54,697 nt of DNA from a virus. Taxonomy: Duplodnaviria; Caudoviricetes. The notes under the pieces are model-generated. The model had not been told where the DNA came from, searched no databases, and saw nothing but the letters and a program-made list of their open reading frames with translations. The stretch is from positions 1 to 54,697 of the IMG/VR virus record IMGVR_UViG_3300037286_000119. One strand, written 5' to 3'. How positions within the stretch are numbered: position 1 is the first letter of the stretch; each line of letters starts with the position of its first letter. The position numbers and the translations under genes are program-made. Below, piece after piece: positions 17,676-26,942 of the stretch.

Positions 17676-19367
17676 ATGCCTGTCACCGAAAAATTAAAAG
17701 ACGCTCGTGATATCGTTAAACATCTTGAGGGCGAGCGCCAAAGGACCGAAGACCAGGATGCAAAGATAATCTCCGAATATCTTTTGCCACATCGGGGCTT
17801 TTGGCCGTCCGATGGTGATGATAAGACCACAATCCTGCAAAGGGGCAAAAAGAACATCAACCCGGCCGCCACCCTATCCCTCGAAAGGGCTGCCGGTGGA
17901 TTAACCGTGGGTATGACGCCAGAGGGGTTGCCCTGGTTTGAATTAAGGACTCCTGACAAAAAGCTCATGGAAGCCCCTGGGGTCCGTGAACATTTATCAG
18001 ACAGAACCGAAAAGATAGGTGCCATTCTCCGGGAAGGCGGTTTTTATCAGTCAATATATGAATTCAATATCGAATTGCTTGGATTCCCGGGAACGCTTCT
18101 TTACGGTGATTCAAGTCAAGAAAAAATAGTCCGGTTTGAATCCTGCACTTTTGGGACTTACGCCATTGCTCTGGACGATGAGGGAAATCTTGACACGGTT
18201 GTCAGAAGGATAAAAAGATCAGCCAAACAGCTCAAGAAAAAATATGGTGAAGACAAGCTCTCGCAGTCCACCAAAGAGCTGCTTAAAACCGCACCATACA
18301 CCCTCGTTGACATCATCCATCTTGTAAGGCCCAGGGAAGACCGGGAGCATGGCAAGATAGATTCCAAAAATATGAAGTACCAGTCTATCATATATGAAGA
18401 ATCTTCGGCAAATGATGGAGCCGATGTTAAGGATATTCTGTCCGAATCAGGATACCATGAAATGCCGTACTTTTTCGGTGTGTATTCCAGGTGTGGTGGA
18501 TCCGAATATGGGATGTCGCCAGGGCATTTGCTGATTGGGCACACGAAACAACTCAACGAAACCGAGCGTCAAAAACTCATAGCCCTTCAAAAAATCATTG
18601 CGCCTCCAATGAAAAAGCCAGCCAATTTTAAAGGGCGGCTTGATGTGGGACCAAATGCAGAGAATGCTGTTTCATCGGCAGACCCGAAAGGGGTCTCTCC
18701 TCTTTATGAGGTTCCGGTCCAGGGATATCAATATGCTTTGCAGGAGATCCAGGACGTTATGCAGCGCATAGCAGCGGTTGCAAAGGCGGATTTGTTTTAT
18801 GATCTCCCGGCAGAGATGAGGCCGAAAGACATGACGGCCACAGAATATATGGAACGCAAAAGGGAGCGGATGCAGCAGATAGCTCCGGTTGTGTCCATTT
18901 ATGAGCCCTATGTTCTGGATAAGGTCATAGAGCGAGTTCACAACGTCCTTGACCGGATGGGCGCTTTCGGGGAGCCTCCACCTGTCCTGGTAGAGGCCGG
19001 AGCCATAAAGATTGAATATGTTTCAACGGTTGCAAAGGCATTGAGGCAAGTGGGGGCAGAGGCCACCAGATCATTACTGCTTGATGTCAAGGGCCTCGCA
19101 GAAATCCAGGTTATGGGCGGAGGTCGGGCCACGGTACTTCATAAAATTGATTTTGCACAGGCCGTTGATGAAATTGCTTCTGGGGTTGGTGCCCCGGCCA
19201 GGATTGTTAGAGATGACGCAGCCTATGAAGAGTTGATTGACGCTGAAAACAAAGCCCTCGCAGAACAATCTCAAAAACAGGAACAGCTTGCCGCCATGGA
19301 CAGCGCCGCAAAATTGGGGAATGTCAGAAATGACGGAATAATCGGGGAGGCTTTAAAGCAAGCATGA
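17676..19367 (+). CDS. Portal / head-to-tail connector (T7 gp8-like)
   Basis: 563 aa; YLLPHRG, TPEGLPWFEL, YGMSPG, MTATE, IEYVS motifs of podovirus connectors. Confidence 0.9.
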   Translation: MPVTEKLKDARDIVKHLEGERQRTEDQDAKIISEYLLPHRGFWPSDGDDKTTILQRGKKNINPAATLSLERAAGGLTVGMTPEGLPWFELRTPDKKLMEAPGVREHLSDRTEKIGAILREGGFYQSIYEFNIELLGFPGTLLYGDSSQEKIVRFESCTFGTYAIALDDEGNLDTVVRRIKRSAKQLKKKYGEDKLSQSTKELLKTAPYTLVDIIHLVRPREDREHGKIDSKNMKYQSIIYEESSANDGADVKDILSESGYHEMPYFFGVYSRCGGSEYGMSPGHLLIGHTKQLNETERQKLIALQKIIAPPMKKPANFKGRLDVGPNAENAVSSADPKGVSPLYEVPVQGYQYALQEIQDVMQRIAAVAKADLFYDLPAEMRPKDMTATEYMERKRERMQQIAPVVSIYEPYVLDKVIERVHNVLDRMGAFGEPPPVLVEAGAIKIEYVSTVAKALRQVGAEATRSLLLDVKGLAEIQVMGGGRATVLHKIDFAQAVDEIASGVGAPARIVRDDAAYEELIDAENKALAEQSQKQEQLAAMDSAAKLGNVRNDGIIGEALKQA

Positions 19368-19663
19368 GTTCAGATCAGGCCGTTAAAACATATTTGATTG
19401 ACCTTAAAATGGTTTCCGATAAGCCGGAAGGACAGCGGGTCTTTATCTGGATACTGGATCAGCTCGGGACGTTTGACCCCTCTTGGACACCCAAAAACCC
19501 GGAGCTTGCCAAAGCGGCTGTCTTGAGAGATTTCGGACAAGCCCTGCTTGATGATATTGCTGTTGCCTCATCCGAGGCCCATGACGCTATCGTTAAATCT
19601 ATGAGGATCAGCCGGACGGCTGGTTTCACCAATAGACTTTTTAAAACAGAAGAAGGAGAATAA
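19364..19663 (+). CDS. Small conserved head protein (Bbp19-like)
   Basis: PEGQRVFIWILDQLG...RDFGQALL; located between portal and scaffold. Confidence 0.65.
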   Translation: MSSDQAVKTYLIDLKMVSDKPEGQRVFIWILDQLGTFDPSWTPKNPELAKAAVLRDFGQALLDDIAVASSEAHDAIVKSMRISRTAGFTNRLFKTEEGE

Positions 19664-19664
19664 A

Positions 19665-20363
19665 ATGACAGATCCGATTCAAACCCCAGCGCAGGGAGAA
19701 ACACCCGCAGCAGATCATGGGCCACAGAATCAAGGGCAATCACCCGTTGCCGATGCAGCCGCACAGGCAGCACAGGCCCAGGCAGAGGCAAAAGAATCCA
19801 TGTGGTATTCCGGATTACCGGAAACCACACATGAGAAGCTCAAAGACTTCAAAAGCCCGGATGATGCCATCAGCGCAATGGAGGCCGGAAAACAGTTCGT
19901 ACAGGCCAAAAGCATTGATGATTACAAATTTGAGCTTGGGGAAGATGTTGAAGTCGCTCCCCAGGTAGTAGGGTTTAAAAAATTCTGCCTTGAAGAAAAG
20001 ATCGCACCCTCACAGGCTCAAAAGCTTCTTGGTTTTCAGGAAAAAATTCTTGCAGATGCCAATGAAGTTGCCAGGGTGGAAGGCGAAACCGCTCTCCGGA
20101 AAGAATGGGGGAATGGATTCGATAATAATATCAAAAAAGCTTTTTCAGCCTTGGCCGCAATCGATCGCAACCTGGGCGGAACTCAGTTAAGCGCAGAGCT
20201 TAAGCGGATTGGCGGAGGGAATAATCCCGCAGTCATTAAGGCCTTGCTTTTCGTTGCTGACAAGATCGGTGAGGACAGCCTTGGGGCAGGTGGCCCCGGT
20301 GGCGCCCCCGAGAAATCAATGACCACCGAAGAGGCATACTCTGCCTTATTCGGTAAAAAGTAA
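19665..20363 (+). CDS. Capsid scaffolding protein
   Basis: Low-complexity N-terminus, WYSGLPE, LRKEWG, NNPAVIKAL...IGED; precedes capsid gene. Confidence 0.75.
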   Translation: MTDPIQTPAQGETPAADHGPQNQGQSPVADAAAQAAQAQAEAKESMWYSGLPETTHEKLKDFKSPDDAISAMEAGKQFVQAKSIDDYKFELGEDVEVAPQVVGFKKFCLEEKIAPSQAQKLLGFQEKILADANEVARVEGETALRKEWGNGFDNNIKKAFSALAAIDRNLGGTQLSAELKRIGGGNNPAVIKALLFVADKIGEDSLGAGGPGGAPEKSMTTEEAYSALFGKK

Positions 20364-20387
20364 ATCTTAAACGAAAAGGAGTTAATA

Positions 20388-21299
20388 ATGGCAACCTATA
20401 ATCTGAAAGAAATTGCGAACATGTTCGCAAAAAAGCAGCCCAAAATGGTCGATGACCTTACTTTTAAAACTCCCATACTTGAGCGGTGCCGGTGGGAACC
20501 CGCCAGTCATGGCCTCTGGAACATGGCAGAAAAGGCCAACGACATCACCGGAGCACAGTTTGTCAATGCTGATGCTGCCCTGCCGACAATCGACGCATCC
20601 AGCGATCTGGTTAAAACCGATCTTGCCATTCTGGGCGGTGAAATGGAACAGGCACAGGATACCGTTGATCAGTTTGGTGGACCGGCTGCATATTTTGCCA
20701 AAAAGGAACCGAGAATCCTGAAACAGGCCGGAATGGATACCGAGCGGAAACTCTACTATGACAACTGGATGGCAAAGGCGATTGCTGACGGTAAGATCAA
20801 AAAGGCCGGGGCGTCTTCAGGAACGGTTTATTCTATTGTCGTCGTCCGGATTGAAGAAGGTGTGAACTGTGGCCTATTCGATCCCACAGGGTTCAAGCAA
20901 GGCGCATTGCTCAACCGGGAATTGATTAATGGCGGAGCCTTGTATCACCTCAGGTCAAAAAATGGGGTTCTTGGTTATGGGGTGGCATTAAAGGGCCGTT
21001 TCGGATGGCAGAATCTGTCCAACCGTGCGGTTGGTGCTGTTGTGAATATCCAGGCCGGCTCTTTGCCGACCGCATTGATGATTGATGATATGATTGCAGA
21101 TGCCCACGGATCTCCTGCCGACACCATGATTCTCTGTCATCCCAAATGTCACAACCTGGCCATTGCCCCCCTCAAGGCAACGGCTCTACAAATGAGCGTA
21201 AATGACACAGAGTACAACCGGACCATTGATCACTGGAACAAGATTCCGATTATTACATCCTATAACCTTTCAGACGGACTTGAAACTGTTGTCCCATAA
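20388..21299 (+). CDS. Major capsid protein
   Basis: 303 aa after scaffold, AAGGAG RBS, C-terminal WNKIPII typical of HK97-fold capsids. Confidence 0.8.
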   Translation: MATYNLKEIANMFAKKQPKMVDDLTFKTPILERCRWEPASHGLWNMAEKANDITGAQFVNADAALPTIDASSDLVKTDLAILGGEMEQAQDTVDQFGGPAAYFAKKEPRILKQAGMDTERKLYYDNWMAKAIADGKIKKAGASSGTVYSIVVVRIEEGVNCGLFDPTGFKQGALLNRELINGGALYHLRSKNGVLGYGVALKGRFGWQNLSNRAVGAVVNIQAGSLPTALMIDDMIADAHGSPADTMILCHPKCHNLAIAPLKATALQMSVNDTEYNRTIDHWNKIPIITSYNLSDGLETVVP

Positions 21300-21351
21300 C
21301 AGAAACAGTAAAAACCTTTTGCAATAAAAAAAGCCTTAGGAGGGCTTAAAA

Positions 21352-21771
21352 ATGTATAAGCATAAATTGCAGTTTAATGATCAGGTTTTTCAGCAGGGAA
21401 TGACACTTCCGGTCAATACGTCTGCCTCGGCAACCAATGCGGTACGGTGCGCCGGAGCCCCCGGAAGATTGGCAATAACCATGGTTGCCAATGGAAGCGT
21501 GGCCCTGGCAAATACCAAAAAGCTCACCATGTCCATTCTTACCTGTACCACGGAAAGCGGGTCTTTTGTCGCGCCAAAGCATGCGCCGTCAATGGTTGTG
21601 ACGATGAATGGAGCCTATGCTCCGGCCAAAGGGGATGTTATGGCATCGATGATTATGCCCGTCGGATACCTTGAAGGCGAATCAGCAAAGTGGGTAAAGG
21701 CGGTTGTTGCCACGGACGACGCAGCGGCCGCCGGGACCATCGATGTTTTTCTGGAATATCTGGGCAGTTAA
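21352..21771 (+). CDS. Capsid cement/decoration protein (Bbp16-like)
   Basis: 139-aa beta-rich protein right after MCP. Confidence 0.6.
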   Translation: MYKHKLQFNDQVFQQGMTLPVNTSASATNAVRCAGAPGRLAITMVANGSVALANTKKLTMSILTCTTESGSFVAPKHAPSMVVTMNGAYAPAKGDVMASMIMPVGYLEGESAKWVKAVVATDDAAAAGTIDVFLEYLGS

Positions 21772-21781
21772 TTTTAAACCG

Positions 21782-21807
21782 TGCGGGGCTGATCATGCAG
21801 CCCCGCA
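21782..21807 (+). terminator. GC-rich hairpin after capsid/decoration genes
   Basis: TGCGGGGCTG-atcatg-CAGCCCCGCA perfect 10-bp stem; weak U-tail, so terminator or mRNA stabiliser. Confidence 0.45.
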
Positions 21808-21828
21808 TATCAAAGCAGGAGAAATAAA

Positions 21829-21990
21829 ATGCCAACCTTTACATGCATAAAACCGACAAACTTTAATGGATTTATGGTTCAACCGGGCAGAGAAATCACC
21901 CTTGCCGGCAAGAAGGCCGAAATACTCAAAGATAATCCGTGCTGGGAGCAAAAGGCTGAGCCGGTTAAACAGGAAAAGACCCCAAAGTAA
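21829..21990 (+). CDS. Small hypothetical virion protein (53 aa; not in ORF track)
   Basis: AGGAG RBS; MPTFTCIKPTNFNGFMVQPGREITLAGKKAEILKDNPCWEQK... Confidence 0.6.
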   Translation: MPTFTCIKPTNFNGFMVQPGREITLAGKKAEILKDNPCWEQKAEPVKQEKTPK

Positions 21991-21999
21991 AGGCATGAA

Positions 22000-22617
22000 A
22001 TGAGCTCATTGCTTGTTATTTCAAAAAAAGCCCTGCGTAAAATAGGGGTAAAAGAAATCAGCAGTATGACGGAACAAGGCCGGGCTGCAGATCGTTGCAA
22101 TAGTGCCGTCCGAGATGTGGTGAAAGAGGTCTTAAGGGCACATCCATGGAGCTTTGCGACGGAATGGAAGTCTTTACCAAGATTGATATCAGATCCTCCC
22201 TTTGGATACCAATATGCCTATCAGGCCCCGCAAGAAGCTGAAAAGGTTTTTGACGTGAGGTCGATTGATAACCTGACCTATCCGAAAGAAGACTTTGATA
22301 TGGTCAGGGGGAAGATTATTTACACCGACGCAAGCCCGTGTTTCGCAAGATATGTGGTTTATATCGAGTCGGATCTGTCTCAGGCACCCGCTGATTTTAT
22401 TGATACCTGCGCCTTTAAACTGGCCGCCGAAATATGTATCCCTCTCGCAAAATCAAACTTTTTGCCAGATCTTATGAAGGCCTATCGGCTTTCGCTTGAT
22501 GAAGCAAAGCTCACGGATGCCGCTGCCGGGAAAGAAAGAAGAGAAGATGAGAATATAGGCTGTAAATTTCTTTCTGTCAGGAATTACCCTGGTGTGACGG
22601 ATGCAGAGGGATATTAA
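22000..22617 (+). CDS. Tail tubular protein A / adaptor (T7 gp11-like)
   Basis: ALRKIG...VLRAHPWSFA...YAYQAP...FKLAAEIC pattern. Confidence 0.8.
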   Translation: MSSLLVISKKALRKIGVKEISSMTEQGRAADRCNSAVRDVVKEVLRAHPWSFATEWKSLPRLISDPPFGYQYAYQAPQEAEKVFDVRSIDNLTYPKEDFDMVRGKIIYTDASPCFARYVVYIESDLSQAPADFIDTCAFKLAAEICIPLAKSNFLPDLMKAYRLSLDEAKLTDAAAGKERREDENIGCKFLSVRNYPGVTDAEGY

Positions 22618-24702
22618 ATGCCTACGCTGATAAATCAATCCTTTAATGGCGGGGAAATATCCGAGCTTTTGAGGGCAAGGCCCGAACAGCAAAGATATCA
22701 ATCTGGATGTTTCCGGCTAAAGAATATGGTTTGTCTTCCCCAAGGCGCCGCAACCAGACGGCCGGGGTTTAAATATCTTGGGTCTGTTAAAGAAACCGAT
22801 CTTGCAAAAAAAGTGATCCTTGTCCCTTTTGTTTTTTCAACAACTGAAAGCAGGGTTCTGGAATTTGGGCATAATTATATCCGGTTTTGGTCCGGAGACA
22901 GTCTGATTTTGAGTTCCGGATCTCCGTATGAAAAAGTTACGACATATGGGACTACACATCTAAGGAATCTCAGGTTTGCACAATCTGCCGACGTTATTTA
23001 TATTGCCTCACCAAACCATAAGCCCGCGAAACTTTCCAGATTTTCAGACACAAACTGGGTGCTTTCAGATATTAACTTTATCCCGGATACTGAAATCCCG
23101 CATACTCCCACATTGGCCGCAACGGTTGGAGTGCCGTCTACTGGCAAAAACACGTATAAATATGTGGTCACGGCAATTGATGCAACCGACGGTGAGGAGA
23201 GCCTGCCAAGTGGCGTGGCATCCATCACCACTGATATTTTGAATAAAACTGACGGCAATTACATTGACATCTCGTGGGCAGCCAATGCGGTCGCCCCGCT
23301 TGAATATAGAATTTACAAATATGAGGCTGGCCTTTATGGGTATATAGGGACTGTGAGCCATCCAGCGCTGACATTTAGAGACGATAATATTGGGGCCGAT
23401 GAAGACGATACCCCTCCGCAGGGCAAAAATCCATTCACATCTGCAAATAATTATCCTTCTTTGGTTTTTTTCTGGCAACAGCGCCTTGGATGGGCAGCAA
23501 CCAACAATAAACCATTTACTGTGTGGCTCTCTCCTTCGGCTCAGTTCGAATCATTATCTGCGTCTGTCCCTCCGGTAGATGATGATTCCATAGAAAAAAC
23601 GTTGGCGACCACTCAGGCGAACAGAATCCAGTGGATTGCAGGAGACAGAACGCTTGTCCTTGGAACAACTGGAAACGAATGGTCAATGGGCGGGACTGAT
23701 GGGGAAGTCCTGACTCCGAAAAGCGGAGGGTTCACAAAACAGGGAGGCAAAGGAAGCGAGGCTGTCCCGGCTTTGTATACCGGGGATGCTCTTCTGTATG
23801 TCCAGAGGGGTGGTGATATTATCCGGGAGTTCGTCTATTCCTACAACACTGATAAATATGAGGCCCCGGATGTTTCAATAATTTCCTCTCATCTTCTTGA
23901 CGGGAAAAAAGTGGTTAACTGGTGTTACCAAAACAGACCGTTTTCTGTTGTTTGGGCCGTCCTTAATAATGGAAGCTTGATCGGAATGACATACGTCAGA
24001 GAGCATGAGGTCATCGGATGGCATCATCATTCAGGTGGGTTCATAGAAGACATTTGCTCTGTTCCTGGCCCGGGTGATTTCGATTTGGTTTATGCCGTAG
24101 TGAAGAGAGTTATTAACGGATCAACCGTAAGGTTTGTCGAGGTAATGCAAAATTATTTTGTTAGACAAAATGATCCAGAAAAAGCCTTTTTTGTTGATTC
24201 CGGGGTAATTTATTCCGGGGCCTCCGCAAAGACATTGACCGCCATTGCTCCCCACTTGGTGGGCGAAACCGTAAAAGTATGGTCAAATGGCGTCGAGCAT
24301 CCTGACGTGATTGTCCAGGCCGGTGGAACGGTTGTTTTGAGCAAAGCCACCACATACGCTGTGATAGGGCTTCCCTTTGTATCTGATCTCATTCCATCGC
24401 GCCCAGAAATCCTTTCAAACGGGGAAACCTCTTTGACAAGGGTTTATAAGGTGAATTCCGCAAACCTAAAATTGTATCGCTCAATGGGAGTTAAGGCCGG
24501 AGCGTCAGAAGATGACCTTGAAGAAATACTTCTTCATGATGCCAGCGACCCTATTCCTCCTATTTATGGAACAAAAACGGTTGAAGTCCCGGTTGATACC
24601 GGATGGGAAGACGAATGGGGCCTACTGATAAGGGCCGATGGAGCCGGGCCGATGACTGTTCTTGCCGCTATTTATGACGTAGAAATCGGGGAGGTGTTGT
24701 AA
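22618..24702 (+). CDS. Tail tubular protein B / nozzle (T7 gp12-like)
   Basis: QSFNGGEIS...PQGAATRRPG...YPSLVFFWQQRL...EHEVIGWHHH. Confidence 0.88.
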   Translation: MPTLINQSFNGGEISELLRARPEQQRYQSGCFRLKNMVCLPQGAATRRPGFKYLGSVKETDLAKKVILVPFVFSTTESRVLEFGHNYIRFWSGDSLILSSGSPYEKVTTYGTTHLRNLRFAQSADVIYIASPNHKPAKLSRFSDTNWVLSDINFIPDTEIPHTPTLAATVGVPSTGKNTYKYVVTAIDATDGEESLPSGVASITTDILNKTDGNYIDISWAANAVAPLEYRIYKYEAGLYGYIGTVSHPALTFRDDNIGADEDDTPPQGKNPFTSANNYPSLVFFWQQRLGWAATNNKPFTVWLSPSAQFESLSASVPPVDDDSIEKTLATTQANRIQWIAGDRTLVLGTTGNEWSMGGTDGEVLTPKSGGFTKQGGKGSEAVPALYTGDALLYVQRGGDIIREFVYSYNTDKYEAPDVSIISSHLLDGKKVVNWCYQNRPFSVVWAVLNNGSLIGMTYVREHEVIGWHHHSGGFIEDICSVPGPGDFDLVYAVVKRVINGSTVRFVEVMQNYFVRQNDPEKAFFVDSGVIYSGASAKTLTAIAPHLVGETVKVWSNGVEHPDVIVQAGGTVVLSKATTYAVIGLPFVSDLIPSRPEILSNGETSLTRVYKVNSANLKLYRSMGVKAGASEDDLEEILLHDASDPIPPIYGTKTVEVPVDTGWEDEWGLLIRADGAGPMTVLAAIYDVEIGEVL

Positions 24703-25296
24703 ATGGACCCATTTTCGATATTTTTGATCATCACTTCTCTTGTCTCTGTGGTTCAGACCTTTTCCAATGCCGAAGCCAACCGGAAACAGAAAGAATACGA
24801 AGCACAGATTGAACGGAATAACGCCATTGCCAAACAGCAACAGGCTGAACTCACCAGAAAAAAAACCGAAGTTGCTGCCAGGGCCAAGGGCGAAGACGAG
24901 AAAAAATTAAAACGAGAATATACTGCTGCTGCCGGCACGAATCGGAGTCTATTGGCCGCCGGGAATGTTGACTTAACCACCGGCTCCGCCCTGGATCTTC
25001 TGGAAGGCAATTTCAACCGATTTGCCGATGATATGGGAGAACTCGAATATGAGAAGGCCCTGACAAATTGGGAAGGCCGTCGGGAGGCACAGCTTCAAAA
25101 TTGGGAGGCCGATGTTCATTCGAGCAATGCCAGCTATCTTGAGAAATCTGCCGGAAGCATAGGCACATCACTCCTTTCTGCTGGATTCTCAGGGTTGAGC
25201 ACTTACGCATCCGGAAAGCTTCTATCCGGTCTTTCGCCATCATCGACGGGGGCAACTGGTTCAAACGCTTACAATTATAGAATGGCGGTTAAATAA
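24703..25296 (+). CDS. Internal virion (ejection) protein, gp14-like
   Basis: Hydrophobic MDP start, AAGNVDLTTGSALD motif, position after nozzle. Confidence 0.7.
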   Translation: MDPFSIFLIITSLVSVVQTFSNAEANRKQKEYEAQIERNNAIAKQQQAELTRKKTEVAARAKGEDEKKLKREYTAAAGTNRSLLAAGNVDLTTGSALDLLEGNFNRFADDMGELEYEKALTNWEGRREAQLQNWEADVHSSNASYLEKSAGSIGTSLLSAGFSGLSTYASGKLLSGLSPSSTGATGSNAYNYRMAVK

Positions 25297-26942
25297 TGCC
25301 CATCAAATTACAGACATATCAAAGCAATGTCCCGGCTGCCACCCTTGGGAGCACCCCGGCAGCCGTCCAAGGAGCCCCGCTTAATGTCAAGGATTCGGCA
25401 GGGTTCAGGCTTTCCCAGGGCGTTTTATCCGATATGGGGAAACTCGGTTCGGATCTGATGGCCCGTGAACAAAAGCTCAATGAAGAAAGAAAAGCCGCTG
25501 ACATCATGGATGAAGCCAATAAATATTATGAGACCACAAGGCTTTTCGAGCATGAATATCAGTCCACAAAAAAGGGCGGTGATGCCAGGGATGCCATAAA
25601 AGATTTCGAAGAATTCCACACCAAACAGTATCAGGAACGATCTGCCAGATTCCAGGGAGATCCCAGGCTTGAAATGATGTGGAAAAAACAGGCCGGCCAG
25701 ATTCAGATGGGCAGCACCGGGAGAGCTTTGGATTATGTGGAACAGCAAGACCGGGTTTATAAACAAAATGTCACCAAGGCAAAGACAGAGCTGTATTTCC
25801 AAAAAATTGCAGAAGCCCCCAACGATAAGGCAGTCAATAATCTGAGGACGCTTTATAATGCAGAAATCAGAGCCATCAACAGCCCAGAGGTTGCCGATGT
25901 TTTGATGGCCGAAGCCGATCAGGGAACAGCCGTTACCAGGATAAACACAGCCCTTGCGAAAGACCGGGTAGAAGAGGCGGAAAGGCTTCTCTCCGAGTAC
26001 CGGGAAGCCGGTGTCATAGGCCTTAAAACAGATGAAATGGTTAAAGCGGTTGAGGCCGCTAGGACTGGTGCCGAGGCCTTTAAAATATCAGAGGAAATCA
26101 GAACAACCATGCCGGGGGCCACCAAAGAGGCGAAGCTTGACAAAATCAAGGAACTTGCTGGAGATAACCGTGAAATCTTCAAAGCTGCAAGGGGCCACAT
26201 GCTTCAAGACCACAGTGATACCCTGTCAATGCAAAAAGAACAGGATGAGCTTATCTCGGATATGTTCGAGGCCAGAATCCAGGCAGCAGGAAACCCCGAA
26301 GAAAGAAAGGCAATTGAGCTTCAGATATTGTCAACCCCCATGCGATCAAATGTCCGGACCGGGCTTCTCTTAAAAAATTCCCAGGGATTAAAACAACCGC
26401 TTGTGTCTGATCCCGCCAAATTAAGAGAGCTTGAGGGGATGGTCGCCAAAGAGGCCATCACTCAGGAAGAGATTGACCGGCAATATAAATGGTATCTTGC
26501 GGATGATGATTATAAAACACAGCGATCAAGGGTTAAAGAGGTTGGCGGAAACAGAATTGGCGCTTATTCGTTGTCCCTGGAGGATAGAATGTCAAAGGCT
26601 TTTTCAGAAGACAGTTCAAGGACAAAGGCAAAAACATCCAGGTTTAAAAAAGAAATGGAGTTATTCGTTAAAGAATTTCAGACCAATAACAGCCGTCTTC
26701 CATCTGACAAAGAATTGGCTGAGCATGAAAATTGGCTGCTTGAAAAAGTTGTTTTTGATGAAAACTGGTTCGGAGATAGAAAAACGGAACGGTTTCTCCT
26801 GGACTCCCTGGAAGATAAAAAGTTTGACGTACCGGCAGAATATGCCACGCAAATAAGATCCCAATTGAAAGCATCCGGTATAGAGCCGACAGAAGATCAG
26901 GTTATCCAAATTTACAAGGCCTATTTGAAGGATCGAAAATAA
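25296..26942 (+). CDS. Internal virion (ejection) protein, gp15-like
   Basis: 548-aa helical protein between gp14-like gene and the giant gene. Confidence 0.65.
   Translation: MPIKLQTYQSNVPAATLGSTPAAVQGAPLNVKDSAGFRLSQGVLSDMGKLGSDLMAREQKLNEERKAADIMDEANKYYETTRLFEHEYQSTKKGGDARDAIKDFEEFHTKQYQERSARFQGDPRLEMMWKKQAGQIQMGSTGRALDYVEQQDRVYKQNVTKAKTELYFQKIAEAPNDKAVNNLRTLYNAEIRAINSPEVADVLMAEADQGTAVTRINTALAKDRVEEAERLLSEYREAGVIGLKTDEMVKAVEAARTGAEAFKISEEIRTTMPGATKEAKLDKIKELAGDNREIFKAARGHMLQDHSDTLSMQKEQDELISDMFEARIQAAGNPEERKAIELQILSTPMRSNVRTGLLLKNSQGLKQPLVSDPAKLRELEGMVAKEAITQEEIDRQYKWYLADDDYKTQRSRVKEVGGNRIGAYSLSLEDRMSKAFSEDSSRTKAKTSRFKKEMELFVKEFQTNNSRLPSDKELAEHENWLLEKVVFDENWFGDRKTERFLLDSLEDKKFDVPAEYATQIRSQLKASGIEPTEDQVIQIYKAYLKDRK

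Noticed and set aside
20388-21771. T7-style capsid frameshift extension
   Set aside because: No slippery heptamer noticed at the MCP 3' end; next gene has its own AGGAGG RBS
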